A stretch of 64,000 bases of DNA from assembly GCA_045593685.1 (NCBI GenBank), contig JAZNXD010000027.1:29569-93568 (forward strand), given 5' to 3'. This DNA comes from Candidatus Enterousia sp. GTDB taxonomy: Bacteria > Pseudomonadota > Alphaproteobacteria > Rs-D84. The notes below the pieces were generated by a model. The model worked only from the letters and a program-made list of their open reading frames with translations. It ran no database searches and was not told where the DNA came from. A program made the position numbers and the translations under genes. Shown one piece after another: positions 18,967-28,020 of the stretch; within the stretch, counting starts at the first letter, position 1, and the number at the start of each line of letters is the position of its first letter.

Positions 18967-19890
18967 TTATGCGGCGCGTTGATTTATGTTGCGTAACATA
19001 AATATGTTAATTTGTCGCTTGATTTGCATTTGTGCCGTGGTAAATGTTGCAACCTTGGATTCTGTTTGTACCTTTGCCTGGGGTGTTATTTGTTTGGCAA
19101 ACTGATTTTCGCGTACAGACATTTCAGGTGCCACGTATGGTTTCTTGGTCTTTGTGGCCTGGGCAATGTTTACGGTTGGTTGAACATATGTTTTTTTCTG
19201 TTGCACAGGTTTTGTAATTTGTGCCGGTTTCATCTGTACGGGTTGTGCCAATGTCCGCTGTTGCGGTTGTTGGGCGGTGATGGTTTTTTGAACCGGTTGG
19301 GCCGCGTGTTGCGCCATACGCTGTGGTTCGGTGACCCTTTGGATTGCGGGCTGTGCCGATTTTGTCAGTGCGGATTGCGCCAATGTCCGCTGTTGGTGCG
19401 CATGTGTGTTTGGGGTGGCCTGCATTGTTGCGGTGGCATCGCGACTGATGTCCAATGTGTATTCGTTATAACGTGATAAAATCAGGTTTATTTTGTCCAT
19501 GGCTTCGCGAATCATGCGTTGGCCGTGTTGACGCAAATTTTTTACATGTGCATCGTTTGGATTTATTGTGTTTTCACGATTTTTGTGCGTCATGATGATT
19601 TGCGACCAATATTTTTTGTGGGCCTTAAATGTTGCCTGCAGGTATTTTGCGGCCGGGTTTTTATTGTTCTTGGGTTCGCAAAAAGCGCCACATTGGGTCA
19701 GGGCCGTTTGCCATGCGCGCCCCAGTGAAAATTTGTTTGTCCAATTCACCCACGCGAATCCAGAAAACATTTGTATATAACACTTGACCAATTCGGTGCG
19801 ATCAAATGGTCGGATGCGATTTAAGGTTTTTGAATCAATTTGGATAATGAATTTTTGTTGCGCGTTTGCAATATTTTGTTGGTTTGTCAT
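18967..19890 (-). CDS. Hypothetical protein with a Q/P/A/K-rich repeat C-terminal half
   Basis: 307 aa. The internal repeat QQRTLAQ.. occurs twice, matching a 17-bp DNA repeat gccaatgtccgctgttg at about 19245 and 19378. No signal peptide. Confidence 0.55.
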   Translation of the reverse strand: MTNQQNIANAQQKFIIQIDSKTLNRIRPFDRTELVKCYIQMFSGFAWVNWTNKFSLGRAWQTALTQCGAFCEPKNNKNPAAKYLQATFKAHKKYWSQIIMTHKNRENTINPNDAHVKNLRQHGQRMIREAMDKINLILSRYNEYTLDISRDATATMQATPNTHAHQQRTLAQSALTKSAQPAIQRVTEPQRMAQHAAQPVQKTITAQQPQQRTLAQPVQMKPAQITKPVQQKKTYVQPTVNIAQATKTKKPYVAPEMSVRENQFAKQITPQAKVQTESKVATFTTAQMQIKRQINIFMLRNINQRAA

Positions 19891-20003
19891 GGCGAACTCC
19901 CTTGGTTAATATGCTTTGAAGTTCTGTGGCATCCCCCACAGCAAATATATATAGGTAACGCGCGATATGTTTTCAAGGGGCACCTGTCAAGAAAAAAGAT
20001 TTT

Positions 20004-20031
20004 TTGACATATATCCTAATGCTGGTAAAAT
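20004..20031 (+). promoter_or_regulatory. Sigma70-type promoter for the OMP gene
   Basis: TTGACA (20004-20009), 16-nt spacer, TAAAAT (20026-20031). This implies a 5' UTR of about 105 nt. Confidence 0.5.
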
Positions 20032-20144
20032 ATAGAACGTTCATATCATAAAAACGTACTGTTGCCAATAATGGGCGGTATGGGTATGAACCCGGGTCTT
20101 GCCAATAATGGGGGCACGGCATTTCATCGAAAACAAGGAGTTAA

Positions 20145-21206
20145 ATGATGAAAAAAACATTAAGTGCAGCAGTTGCATTGGCCGTATTTGCGGCGCCTGC
20201 GGTTGCGGCCAACCTGGAAAACCCACTGTATATGCCAAAGCAGGGTACGGGGTATTCCAAAACATCTGCGGGTGTAATGTACAAAATCGCGGATGATTCA
20301 GATGCACATCAAAAGAAAAATCATGATGGCGCAACAGAATTTCCAATCTGGCGTATTCACGAAGAATTGGGATACGGTATCTTGGATAACCTAGAGGCTT
20401 ATGCAAAGTTCGGGTATACCCACGACGATGATATCGGACGCAAGGGTATGCACCTGGGGCGTGCCGGGGTAAAGTACCGTGCCGTTGATACGACAGATGG
20501 TTTTGTTTGGGATTTATATGCCGACGCTCAGTTGGGCGGTATCAGCGAAATGAGTGGTTCATATGATATAAATGGTTTTACATATGACAATTATTCAAAT
20601 GGTCGCTGGGGCTTTCATGTTGGAACCCAGGTCGGTAAACAATGGTCAAAATTCAGTGCCGCCGGTTTCGTAGAAGTTTTGCGCACATTTGGTAATGACA
20701 ATAACAGTATTGAGTTAAAGGCGATTGATGCTCGTCAATTAGGGGCTGGGATTTTGACTCGTGCGCAGTTGACAGCAATGGGGTTCCCAGATGAGATTTC
20801 TGTTGATTTGAAATCAGCAACGGAAATTAATGCCGGGGTAAAGGCGTTTTATCAGTTGGATGACCGTTGGTCGTTCGGTGGTGGTTTGACATATAAACAT
20901 CACTCGGATAACGGCGTTGAAGGTTTGGCAACAGATTTGATTAAACCAAATACTGGTAATCCGGCAATGGATGTGATGTTATTGGAGAATCAACAAAAGG
21001 TAAAACAGGGCTTGTTGGCGGTTGTTGAAGATATGGAAGATGGGTTTGATGAATATGTGTTGAACCTGACTGCGGCGTATCAGATGACCGATGCCATGCA
21101 GGTTGCCATATACGGCGAATATACATTCGACGATGCACATGAAAATTCACAAAATGGCACAGATGTCAAGGCTGAATTGGGTGTGCGCCTGAATGTTCAG
21201 TTCTAA
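20145..21206 (+). CDS. Outer-membrane beta-barrel protein (porin-like)
   Basis: Signal peptide MMKKTLSAAVALAVFAAPAVA. Alternating aromatic/Gly strands, with C-terminal ...ELGVRLNVQF ending in Phe. Confidence 0.65.
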   Translation: MMKKTLSAAVALAVFAAPAVAANLENPLYMPKQGTGYSKTSAGVMYKIADDSDAHQKKNHDGATEFPIWRIHEELGYGILDNLEAYAKFGYTHDDDIGRKGMHLGRAGVKYRAVDTTDGFVWDLYADAQLGGISEMSGSYDINGFTYDNYSNGRWGFHVGTQVGKQWSKFSAAGFVEVLRTFGNDNNSIELKAIDARQLGAGILTRAQLTAMGFPDEISVDLKSATEINAGVKAFYQLDDRWSFGGGLTYKHHSDNGVEGLATDLIKPNTGNPAMDVMLLENQQKVKQGLLAVVEDMEDGFDEYVLNLTAAYQMTDAMQVAIYGEYTFDDAHENSQNGTDVKAELGVRLNVQF

Positions 21207-21284
21207 TGGACAGAACAAAATAAAAAAACTAACATATATTGGACAAAATCCCCGGCGTGCCGGGGATTTTTTTGAACTGTTTTA

Positions 21285-21593
21285 TTATCGGGTTTTATCA
21301 TTGTTATTTCGGTTTTTGTGGTCGCGGTTTATTTCATATATGCGCTGGGCAGAATAAATAAATGATAACAGCCATAATAATATCAAAATAGTTGTTTGAC
21401 GGTCATAACCATTTTTTATCATGTCTGTGGTATGTGCGATAACCTGGCCGGTGGCAATGCCGTTAATTGTGATATATGTCAACAAAAACCAATGAAAAGC
21501 ATTGTTGTTTTTCTTATCGTTATTATCGTTTCGATTAAGATTATAATTTGTGCTCATGCTTGTAATTGTTGTGCAAAATGTTGCTTTTGTCAA
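21285..21593 (-). CDS. Small membrane protein, hypothetical
   Basis: 102 aa with two hydrophobic helices flanked by N/D/K-rich tails. This is an ORF-only call. Confidence 0.35.
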   Translation of the reverse strand: MTKATFCTTITSMSTNYNLNRNDNNDKKNNNAFHWFLLTYITINGIATGQVIAHTTDMIKNGYDRQTTILILLWLLSFIYSAQRIYEINRDHKNRNNNDKTR

Positions 21594-21639
21594 TATAAAA
21601 AGCCTTTTGTTTGTCTGATTTTTGTTTTATGATGCGCAT

Positions 21640-22266
21640 ATGGCAAAGGATGTTCCGGATTTTAGTTTAGAGATTGAAAGTGGATTTGACCTGGTCGCCG
21701 GTGTGGACGAGGCAGGGCGTGGCCCCCTGTGCGGGCCGGTTGTGGCGGCGGCGGTGATATTTCCAAATCGTGATATTGAAATTCCGGTGGTTATTCGTGA
21801 TTCAAAACAGATGACTGCGCGCCAGCGCGCGGTGGCGTATGACTGGATTGTGGCAAATACAATATGGGCGGTGGCACAATGCACCCCGGCCGAGATTGAT
21901 GAAATGAACATTTTGTGGGCGTCAATGTGTGCAATGGAACGTGCGGTTAAAAAATTGCGGTGCGTGCCGCAATTTTGCCTGGTGGACGGGAACAGATTGC
22001 CGAACGGCTTGGGTGGTGCGCCAATTGTTCATGGGGATGCGCGGTCGCGGTCTATTGCGGCGGCGTCCATTGTGGCCAAGGAAACGCGTGACAAAATTAT
22101 GCATGATTTGGCACAACAGTTCCCACAGTATGGATGGGATAAAAATGCCGGATATCCAACAAAATCCCATTTACAGGCCATTGAAAAATATGGTATAAAT
22201 TCGCATTATCGTAAAAGTTTTGGACCGGTTAAGGAAAGGATAAAAAATGAATCTGAGGACGATTAA
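21640..22266 (+). CDS. rnhB: Ribonuclease HII
   Basis: GVDEAGRGPLCGPVVAAAV is the active-site motif, and SIAAASIVAKETRD is also present. I chose ATG 21640. Confidence 0.9.
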   Translation: MAKDVPDFSLEIESGFDLVAGVDEAGRGPLCGPVVAAAVIFPNRDIEIPVVIRDSKQMTARQRAVAYDWIVANTIWAVAQCTPAEIDEMNILWASMCAMERAVKKLRCVPQFCLVDGNRLPNGLGGAPIVHGDARSRSIAAASIVAKETRDKIMHDLAQQFPQYGWDKNAGYPTKSHLQAIEKYGINSHYRKSFGPVKERIKNESEDD

Positions 22267-23416
22267 AAATTTGGATCTGCGTGGCAAGTATGTTTTGTTG
22301 CGTGATGACTTTAATGTGCAAATTGTGGACGGAAAAATTACGGATGCGTTTCGTATTGAACAAAGTATGCCGACAATAAATGCTTTGCGCAATGCGGGCG
22401 CACGAATTGCGATTGTGGCACATCGTGGCCGGCCCAAGGGTGTGCGTAATATGGAATATACTTTGCGCCCGATTGCGGAATATATGGGTGTGGAATTAAT
22501 ACCGGATTGTTTGGACCGGGACTTTATGCCGAATATGCGCGATGGGGATATTGTACTGTTGGAAAATGTGCGTTTTTATGCGGGTGAAGAAAAAAATGAT
22601 CCGGCCTTTGCGGCGGATTTGGCGCGTGGTTTTGATGTGTTTGTAAACGATGCCTTTGCCGTATCGCATCGCGCACATGCCAGTACCGTTGGCGTGGCGG
22701 AAATATTGCCGTCGTATGCGGGTGATTTGTTGGCATCGGAAATTGAACATTTGTCGGCGGTTATGGAAAATCCGGCGCGTCCTTTGTTGTCAATCGTCGC
22801 CGGCAGCAAGGTTTCAACAAAAATTGGTGTGTTAAAGGCTTTGGCGCGGTTGTCAGATACGCTGATTATTGGTGGGGCGTTGGGTACAACTTTTAACTAT
22901 GCGCAGGGTGGGCGTGTTGGAAATTCGCTGTATGAAGCCGACCAGAAGGATACCGCATTGGAAATCTTGGATTTTGCCGAAAAGAATAATTGCCGGGTAT
23001 TGTTGCCTTTGGACAAGGGGGTGGCCAAGGAATTTGCTCGTGATGCCGTGCGTATGAACAAGGACTTTACCGAAATAGAAGATGATGATGTAATTATCGA
23101 TGCCGGAATTCAAACAACCGCGCGTGATGTTGCAGAAATTCGTAATGCCAAAACGGTTATTTGGAACGGCACGGTTGGTATGGCCGAGTGGCAACCAACA
23201 TGGTCGTATGGTTCGTTTGCGATTGCCAATGCGATTGCCGAACAAACACGCGCCGGTAAATTGGAAAGTATTATTGGGGGCGGGGATACCGTTGCCGCAT
23301 TAGAGGCGTGCGGTGTCAAAGATGATATAACCTATGTTTCAACCGGGGGTGGGGCCTTCCTTGAATTTATCGAAGGGCGGATATTGCCCGGTGTCGCAAT
23401 ACTGGAAGACAAGTAA
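22247..23416 (+). CDS. pgk: Phosphoglycerate kinase
   Basis: LRDDFNV...IVAHRGRPKG...NVRFYAGEEKND...GGGDT are canonical PGK blocks. It overlaps rnhB by 20 nt. Confidence 0.95.
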   Translation: MNLRTIKNLDLRGKYVLLRDDFNVQIVDGKITDAFRIEQSMPTINALRNAGARIAIVAHRGRPKGVRNMEYTLRPIAEYMGVELIPDCLDRDFMPNMRDGDIVLLENVRFYAGEEKNDPAFAADLARGFDVFVNDAFAVSHRAHASTVGVAEILPSYAGDLLASEIEHLSAVMENPARPLLSIVAGSKVSTKIGVLKALARLSDTLIIGGALGTTFNYAQGGRVGNSLYEADQKDTALEILDFAEKNNCRVLLPLDKGVAKEFARDAVRMNKDFTEIEDDDVIIDAGIQTTARDVAEIRNAKTVIWNGTVGMAEWQPTWSYGSFAIANAIAEQTRAGKLESIIGGGDTVAALEACGVKDDITYVSTGGGAFLEFIEGRILPGVAILEDK

Positions 23417-23442
23417 AAAAATCCCCCGGTTGGGGGATTTTT
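23415..23442 (+). terminator. Intrinsic terminator after pgk (ATCCCCC-GGTT-GGGGGAT family)
   Basis: AAAAAAATCCCCCGGTTGGGGGATTTTT lies immediately after the pgk stop. Confidence 0.7.
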
Positions 23443-23473
23443 ATGATATAATCCCTCTGAAAAGGATTTGGGA

Positions 23474-24436
23474 ATGCGTGGAAGTTTTATTTTTTTTTCG
23501 TTGGTATTCTGTCTTGGTCGGGCGTATGCGAATACTGAATTAACGGCGGCGATTGAAAATGTGCGTGAAATGTGTGGTGGCATTGGTGCGGAATTATCTG
23601 ATATGAAAAAGATGGCGGGTATAAATACCGCTGTTACTGCCGTTGGAACGGTCGCGGGTGGTGTTGGACTGGGGACGGGTATTGCCAAGGCAGGGGTTGA
23701 TAAAGAATTGGCACAAAAGGAATCGGAAATAGATAAACTTATGAAGAATGCGGGGTTTGTAAAACTTGAAACAGAAGATGAGTTATTAGAGGTTTTGGGT
23801 GGAATGTTTGGGCAGACCCAAACAGAGATCGGAAAACAAATTGCGGATTCTATTGCTGTGCGACGTGATGAAATTTCAAAACTGGAACAGAAATCCAAAA
23901 ATTTGGGTAACTGGCGTACGGGTATGATGGCGACCGCAACGGCGGCCAATATTGCCGGCGCGGTTATTGGGGGTAATAATCGGGTCAAGGGTGATTTGAA
24001 AACGCAAATTGATGGGTGTTTGACCTCTGTTAAAACATTGTCGAATGTTCGTATGCAGGCGCGTATGACGGGTGATGTATCCGAAGCACAGTTGGCGCGT
24101 GCAGAAAATATAGTTCGTGCATGCGAGGAATGGTCAATGGTTGATATCGGCAGTATAAATAAAAAGGCATCTGGGGCCGCAATTTCCAGTGGAATTGGTG
24201 CGGGGCTTGGGTTGGTTGGAACCGTCACCAGTGCCATGGCAAATACGGATGGCACGCGTAATGACAACAGTGATTTGGGCAAGTCAAAAGAAAAGAATCT
24301 GAATACCGCATCAAATATATTGGCGGGAGGCACAACGGTTGCCGGTGGTGTTGCGACTGTATTTAATGCAACGCAGATAGGTGCAGTTAAACGCGCGGTT
24401 GAAACAGCAGAAAAGTGCGAGGGGGCGTTACGATAA
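23474..24436 (+). CDS. Secreted protein with four Gly/Ala-rich glycine-zipper-like hydrophobic segments, hypothetical
   Basis: Signal peptide MRGSFIFFSLVFCLGRAYA. Segments include AGINTAVTAVGTVAGGVGLGTGIA, TGMMATATAANIAGAVIGG, ASGAAISSGIGAGLGLVGTV and ILAGGTTVAGGVATV, separated by charged helical linkers. Confidence 0.6.
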   Translation: MRGSFIFFSLVFCLGRAYANTELTAAIENVREMCGGIGAELSDMKKMAGINTAVTAVGTVAGGVGLGTGIAKAGVDKELAQKESEIDKLMKNAGFVKLETEDELLEVLGGMFGQTQTEIGKQIADSIAVRRDEISKLEQKSKNLGNWRTGMMATATAANIAGAVIGGNNRVKGDLKTQIDGCLTSVKTLSNVRMQARMTGDVSEAQLARAENIVRACEEWSMVDIGSINKKASGAAISSGIGAGLGLVGTVTSAMANTDGTRNDNSDLGKSKEKNLNTASNILAGGTTVAGGVATVFNATQIGAVKRAVETAEKCEGALR

Positions 24437-25611
24437 TGAAAAGATTATTTGGGCTGTTTTTATGTTGTTTTTGTTTTGTGGGGTATGGTAACGTTGCGCG
24501 TGCGGATGATATTGCAGATGTTATTGTGTTTCAGTATGGTGGAAAAGATTATTACTATGATAACATAGATGAATTAAGGGGGGTGTTTGAGCGTCTTATA
24601 ACAGCCGAGCCATGCTTGCAAAATCAAGACGGATTGACTGTAGATATGATGTTTGGGGCTTTGATTGATGTGTGCAGACAACGTCGGGGCACATTGGATG
24701 ATTTGCTAAGAAAGCAATATGGTGTTGCGCCCTCGGTTTCTCCAACATTGGGAAGGTGGGGGGTCGACAATATGTGGGATGATAGAAAAAGTAAAGAGAA
24801 TTCGTTGAGAGCTTGTATTGTTGATATATCTACCTTGGCGCAGGATTTGAAAAAGTTGACACGAGATAAGGTTGTGTTGAGCGTAGGAACGGATTTGGAT
24901 GCCTGTATTAATAGTATTAAGGTTGACCCAAATATATACACTTTTGGTTTAGGAGGGGGGTATTATGGTGATAAACCTGTGATGCGGCATATAGCAGATA
25001 CCCATTTTTTCTGTCCGCTAGATGTTGTGGTTGAGAGTGAGGCCGATTTGGCAAACGTTAGGAATTTAAATCAAGAATATACGGGTAAGAAATTTACATT
25101 TATGGATGAGTATGTTAAGCAAGCAGAGGGACAAGAGAAGTCAAGCGCAGATATGAAGGCCGATACGGTAATGGTGTTTAATGGAAGTATGTTGGTTATG
25201 TGTCAGGGTGGGCATGCCGTTCAGATGGGGCGTCCCGTGTATTCCGGGTACGATGGGTGTTTGGGGGGGGATAGTCAGGATTTACCGGCTTATGGTTCAT
25301 TGCCGGATGGGGTATATCTGATGAATGTTGGAAGGAATGTTCAAAATCTTGATGGAAATGATGATTTGGCTGGTTTTGGAAAATATAGAATTCCGTTGAA
25401 ACCATCAAATGAGTCCAAGACATATGGGCGCAATAATTTCTATTTGCATGGAACCTATGATCCTGCTAAACGTCGTTCATCGGGTTGTATTACATTGGGT
25501 GTGAATATTGATGAATTTATTGAAACAGAATGGTTCCAGAATCAGATAAAAAGTGGAAATAACATATTAGTTATCGTGAAAAACCAACTGAATTCAGCGG
25601 TAGATAAGTGA
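24436..25611 (+). CDS. Secreted protein with a C-terminal YkuD/Tlde1-like L,D-transpeptidase-fold motif
   Basis: The start overlaps the upstream stop (TAATG). Signal peptide MKRLFGLFLCCFCFVGYGNVARA. The C-terminus reads GSLPDGVYLMN...YRIPLKP...NNFYLHGTYDPAKRRSSGCITLG, matching the HGT...S-x-GC-I catalytic signature. Confidence 0.6.
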   Translation: MKRLFGLFLCCFCFVGYGNVARADDIADVIVFQYGGKDYYYDNIDELRGVFERLITAEPCLQNQDGLTVDMMFGALIDVCRQRRGTLDDLLRKQYGVAPSVSPTLGRWGVDNMWDDRKSKENSLRACIVDISTLAQDLKKLTRDKVVLSVGTDLDACINSIKVDPNIYTFGLGGGYYGDKPVMRHIADTHFFCPLDVVVESEADLANVRNLNQEYTGKKFTFMDEYVKQAEGQEKSSADMKADTVMVFNGSMLVMCQGGHAVQMGRPVYSGYDGCLGGDSQDLPAYGSLPDGVYLMNVGRNVQNLDGNDDLAGFGKYRIPLKPSNESKTYGRNNFYLHGTYDPAKRRSSGCITLGVNIDEFIETEWFQNQIKSGNNILVIVKNQLNSAVDK

Positions 25612-25632
25612 TTTATAGAATCTTTCTATGAT

Positions 25633-25660
25633 AAAAAATCCCCCGTATAGGGGATTTTTT
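25633..25660. terminator. Bidirectional terminator (ATCCCC-CGTATA-GGGGAT)
   Basis: Hairpin with A- and T-runs between the convergent 24436-25611 and 25659-26063 genes. Confidence 0.65.
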
Positions 25661-26063
25661 ATCGTTCATTTTCGCGGCGTTTTGCCAGAATGATGCCTGC
25701 GCCACCCAGTGCAATCGCGCCGGTAAGACCGCCCAGGGCCATTACGCTGTATGTTGCGTATGGCGATGCTAGGTAATATTCACGCGTTGTTTCATGATCT
25801 TTTTCGTATCCGTTGATAACAGGGGTTGAATAATAATATTTGTGTTCTTTTGGTGTGTTAAAACTGTATGCGGTCTCAAAGCGGTTCTTTAACGAATAAT
25901 TTTCTAATTTTTCGTCGCCTAGATACTTTACACCATGTGCTGCCAGTCCCATAATCGGTATGATGATCGCCGTTGCCAATGTGCCACCCAATGCACCCAA
26001 TGTACCATATTTCACAGCAGATGATGCACGTTTAAAATTCTTTTTTATATCTTTCTTGTTCAT
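25659..26063 (-). CDS. Small membrane protein with two glycine-zipper TM segments, hypothetical
   Basis: 134 aa. GTLGALGGTLATAIIIPIMGLAAHG and MALGGLTGAIALGGAGIILA flank a Tyr-rich loop. Confidence 0.5.
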   Translation of the reverse strand: MNKKDIKKNFKRASSAVKYGTLGALGGTLATAIIIPIMGLAAHGVKYLGDEKLENYSLKNRFETAYSFNTPKEHKYYYSTPVINGYEKDHETTREYYLASPYATYSVMALGGLTGAIALGGAGIILAKRRENER

Positions 26064-26190
26064 AATTCAATCTCCTTTGGTTAGTGTTCTTATAACGACC
26101 CAACACTATTTATATAGTACAAAAAAAATAAAAGTCAAGGAATAGACGTTAAAAAAATCCCCCGATTGGGGGATTTTTGTGGGAAGGGAT

Positions 26191-27270
26191 TTAATTAATT
26201 GCGACCGGCAGGATTGTTTGGCGCTTGGCCGCATCCAGTTGGTGATACTGGAACGGGACGGTTGCAAAATCGATTGATTTCATATCCAGACTGCGAATCG
26301 TGCGATTATACATGGTGTGATAGTATATTGTCATGTTCTTTAAATCCGTTGCCACCGTCCACTGGGTCGCAGATGGCATGTTGTTTGGTGCGCCACCGAC
26401 GGCGAACTGAACGCCCAACGGAACATCAAAATTGTTCAGGATATGAAACGCCTGGTTCACGGTGTCAAGTGCGGTGTCTTGTTCCAATGAATAGGTTTTC
26501 AGGAACGCCGCGCGGACAAAGCGCGATACGGGTGTAAAGTCACCCGGCAGCCCCAGGAAGCCCGAGCCCGAGCCAAATGAACGCAGCGTTATTGGGCCGA
26601 ACTTGGTTGGGCCCGCGCCGCCGGGATGCAGATTTACATAATTGTTCAGGTTGGTCATTTGCCACGGAAAGCCCGGCGCATTGGTCAGAACGCCAATTTC
26701 ATTTTCATAGAAGTTCGGGACACCGTTTACGATTTCCAGGACAACCTGGCGACCGTTGGGTTCGGTTATGCGCCAATGGACGGTACCGGCACTTTTGTCC
26801 ACGTTGATAATGCGGACGTTGTTAATGGCAGCCTTGACCTGGTCAATGGTGGAAAAGCGGGACAGTATCCATGATACAACCTGAAAATCGGCCAGGGAAA
26901 TGTCTTTGTTGTCTTCGTTGTATGGTTGGTATTTGCCATATTCCGGGAAATAGAACAGGGCGGCCGACAGGCCCGCTTCGTTGGTGCCGTCGATTATAAA
27001 TTCGGGTTCGGCGGCGGCCAGGCCCGCATATCCATAAAGTGATACGAATTCCAGGCCGTCCATCGTTCCGTCGGGTAATAAGGATTGGTGTGTGCGCCCG
27101 CGTGGTACGATGACGTACATGCTGTTGTTTTCGGTGCGTGACCAATCCATGGTACGTGCAACGACGGTTGCATTATCGCGCGATTTTAGTGTTATGCCTG
27201 TGCATGCGTCCGCCGACTGAATCAGCCCCAGGCATACGGTCAGTGTTGCAAATAATTTTATTTTGTGCAT
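26191..27270 (-). CDS. Choloylglycine hydrolase family (Ntn) linear amide C-N hydrolase, secreted
   Basis: The signal peptide ends ..QSADA, followed by CTGITLKSRDNATVVARTMDW. This N-terminal nucleophile Cys context is typical of PVA/BSH-type Ntn hydrolases. Confidence 0.75.
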   Translation of the reverse strand: MHKIKLFATLTVCLGLIQSADACTGITLKSRDNATVVARTMDWSRTENNSMYVIVPRGRTHQSLLPDGTMDGLEFVSLYGYAGLAAAEPEFIIDGTNEAGLSAALFYFPEYGKYQPYNEDNKDISLADFQVVSWILSRFSTIDQVKAAINNVRIINVDKSAGTVHWRITEPNGRQVVLEIVNGVPNFYENEIGVLTNAPGFPWQMTNLNNYVNLHPGGAGPTKFGPITLRSFGSGSGFLGLPGDFTPVSRFVRAAFLKTYSLEQDTALDTVNQAFHILNNFDVPLGVQFAVGGAPNNMPSATQWTVATDLKNMTIYYHTMYNRTIRSLDMKSIDFATVPFQYHQLDAAKRQTILPVAIN

Positions 27271-27390
27271 TTTGCTCTCTCTTGGGTTGAATTAATTATT
27301 TCTGTTTTAGGGGAAAATTGCACTAGGGTTGATTTCACATAAGATTTTATTTGCAATTTATAAATCAAGGGTATATAATACGCGTCGCAT

Positions 27391-27464
27391 TGGGGCATAG
27401 TTTAATGGTAGAACTCCGGACTCTGACTCCGTCAGTGTTGGTTCGAATCCAGCTGCCCCAACCA
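27391..27464 (+). tRNA. tRNA-Gln (anticodon CUG)
   Basis: Hand fold: U1-A72 acceptor TGGGGCA/TGCCCCA, anticodon loop cTCTGAc, T-arm GTTGG-TTCGAAT-CCAGC, and CCA encoded. There is one C-U mismatch at the top of the anticodon stem. Confidence 0.85.
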
Positions 27465-27503
27465 AGATAGACAAACCCGCCGATAAAGGCGGGGTTTTGT
27501 TTG
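27441..27503 (+). repeat. Direct repeat copy 1: tRNA-Gln 3' half plus its terminator
   Basis: gttcgaatccagctgccccaaccaagatagacaaacccgcc...ggcggggttttgttt. It is repeated at 28021-28087. Confidence 0.75.
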
Positions 27504-27571
27504 GTTCCTAATATTTTCAGCGAGTTCGAAAGTTAAAATCAAAAAAGTGGTGAAAAATCACCACTTTAGAA

Positions 27572-27934
27572 CTAATTTAATTTTTCTGCATAGCATCCAA
27601 TAACAGCCCAATTTTCGTCCGCAACCGGTTGTGCAACCATTGTGCGAATTGTGAAATCTTGGTCATGACAATAGTTTGGGTCATTCAATGACACTTCAAT
27701 ATAAGAATGTTCTGTATCTGCGTACAATTCTTCTAGATTTAATTCGCCACCACTAGTGAATTGACCGTTCGGTTCCATTTGTTTAGTAATTTCGTCCACG
27801 GGACATTTATAAACCAGATGAAATTCTGTTGTTTCTATTCTTTCGCAACCTTCAAAAATAGAATCGTATTTGCTGTAATCCTGGGCACATGCAGTTAATG
27901 TGATGATTGGCAAAATAAAAAATAATTTTTTCAT
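27572..27934 (-). CDS. Lipoprotein (120 aa), hypothetical
   Basis: Lipobox MKKLFFILPIITLTAC. This is the only gene between the two tRNA-Gln 3'-end copies. Confidence 0.6.
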   Translation of the reverse strand: MKKLFFILPIITLTACAQDYSKYDSIFEGCERIETTEFHLVYKCPVDEITKQMEPNGQFTSGGELNLEELYADTEHSYIEVSLNDPNYCHDQDFTIRTMVAQPVADENWAVIGCYAEKLN

Positions 27935-28020
27935 ACAATCTCCTTTGTTGTGTTCGTTGTTATAATATCATAAACTTGTTTCTAAAATCTATTATTTCTT
28001 GTCCAATCTCCGCCAATTCT

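Noticed and set aside
23332-24333. 333-aa ORF on the minus strand
   Set aside because: It is entirely antisense to the 23474-24436 gene. It has low-complexity P/S/A/I-rich composition, no SD and no signal. The plus-strand frame has a signal peptide, coupling to the next gene and a sensible domain layout.
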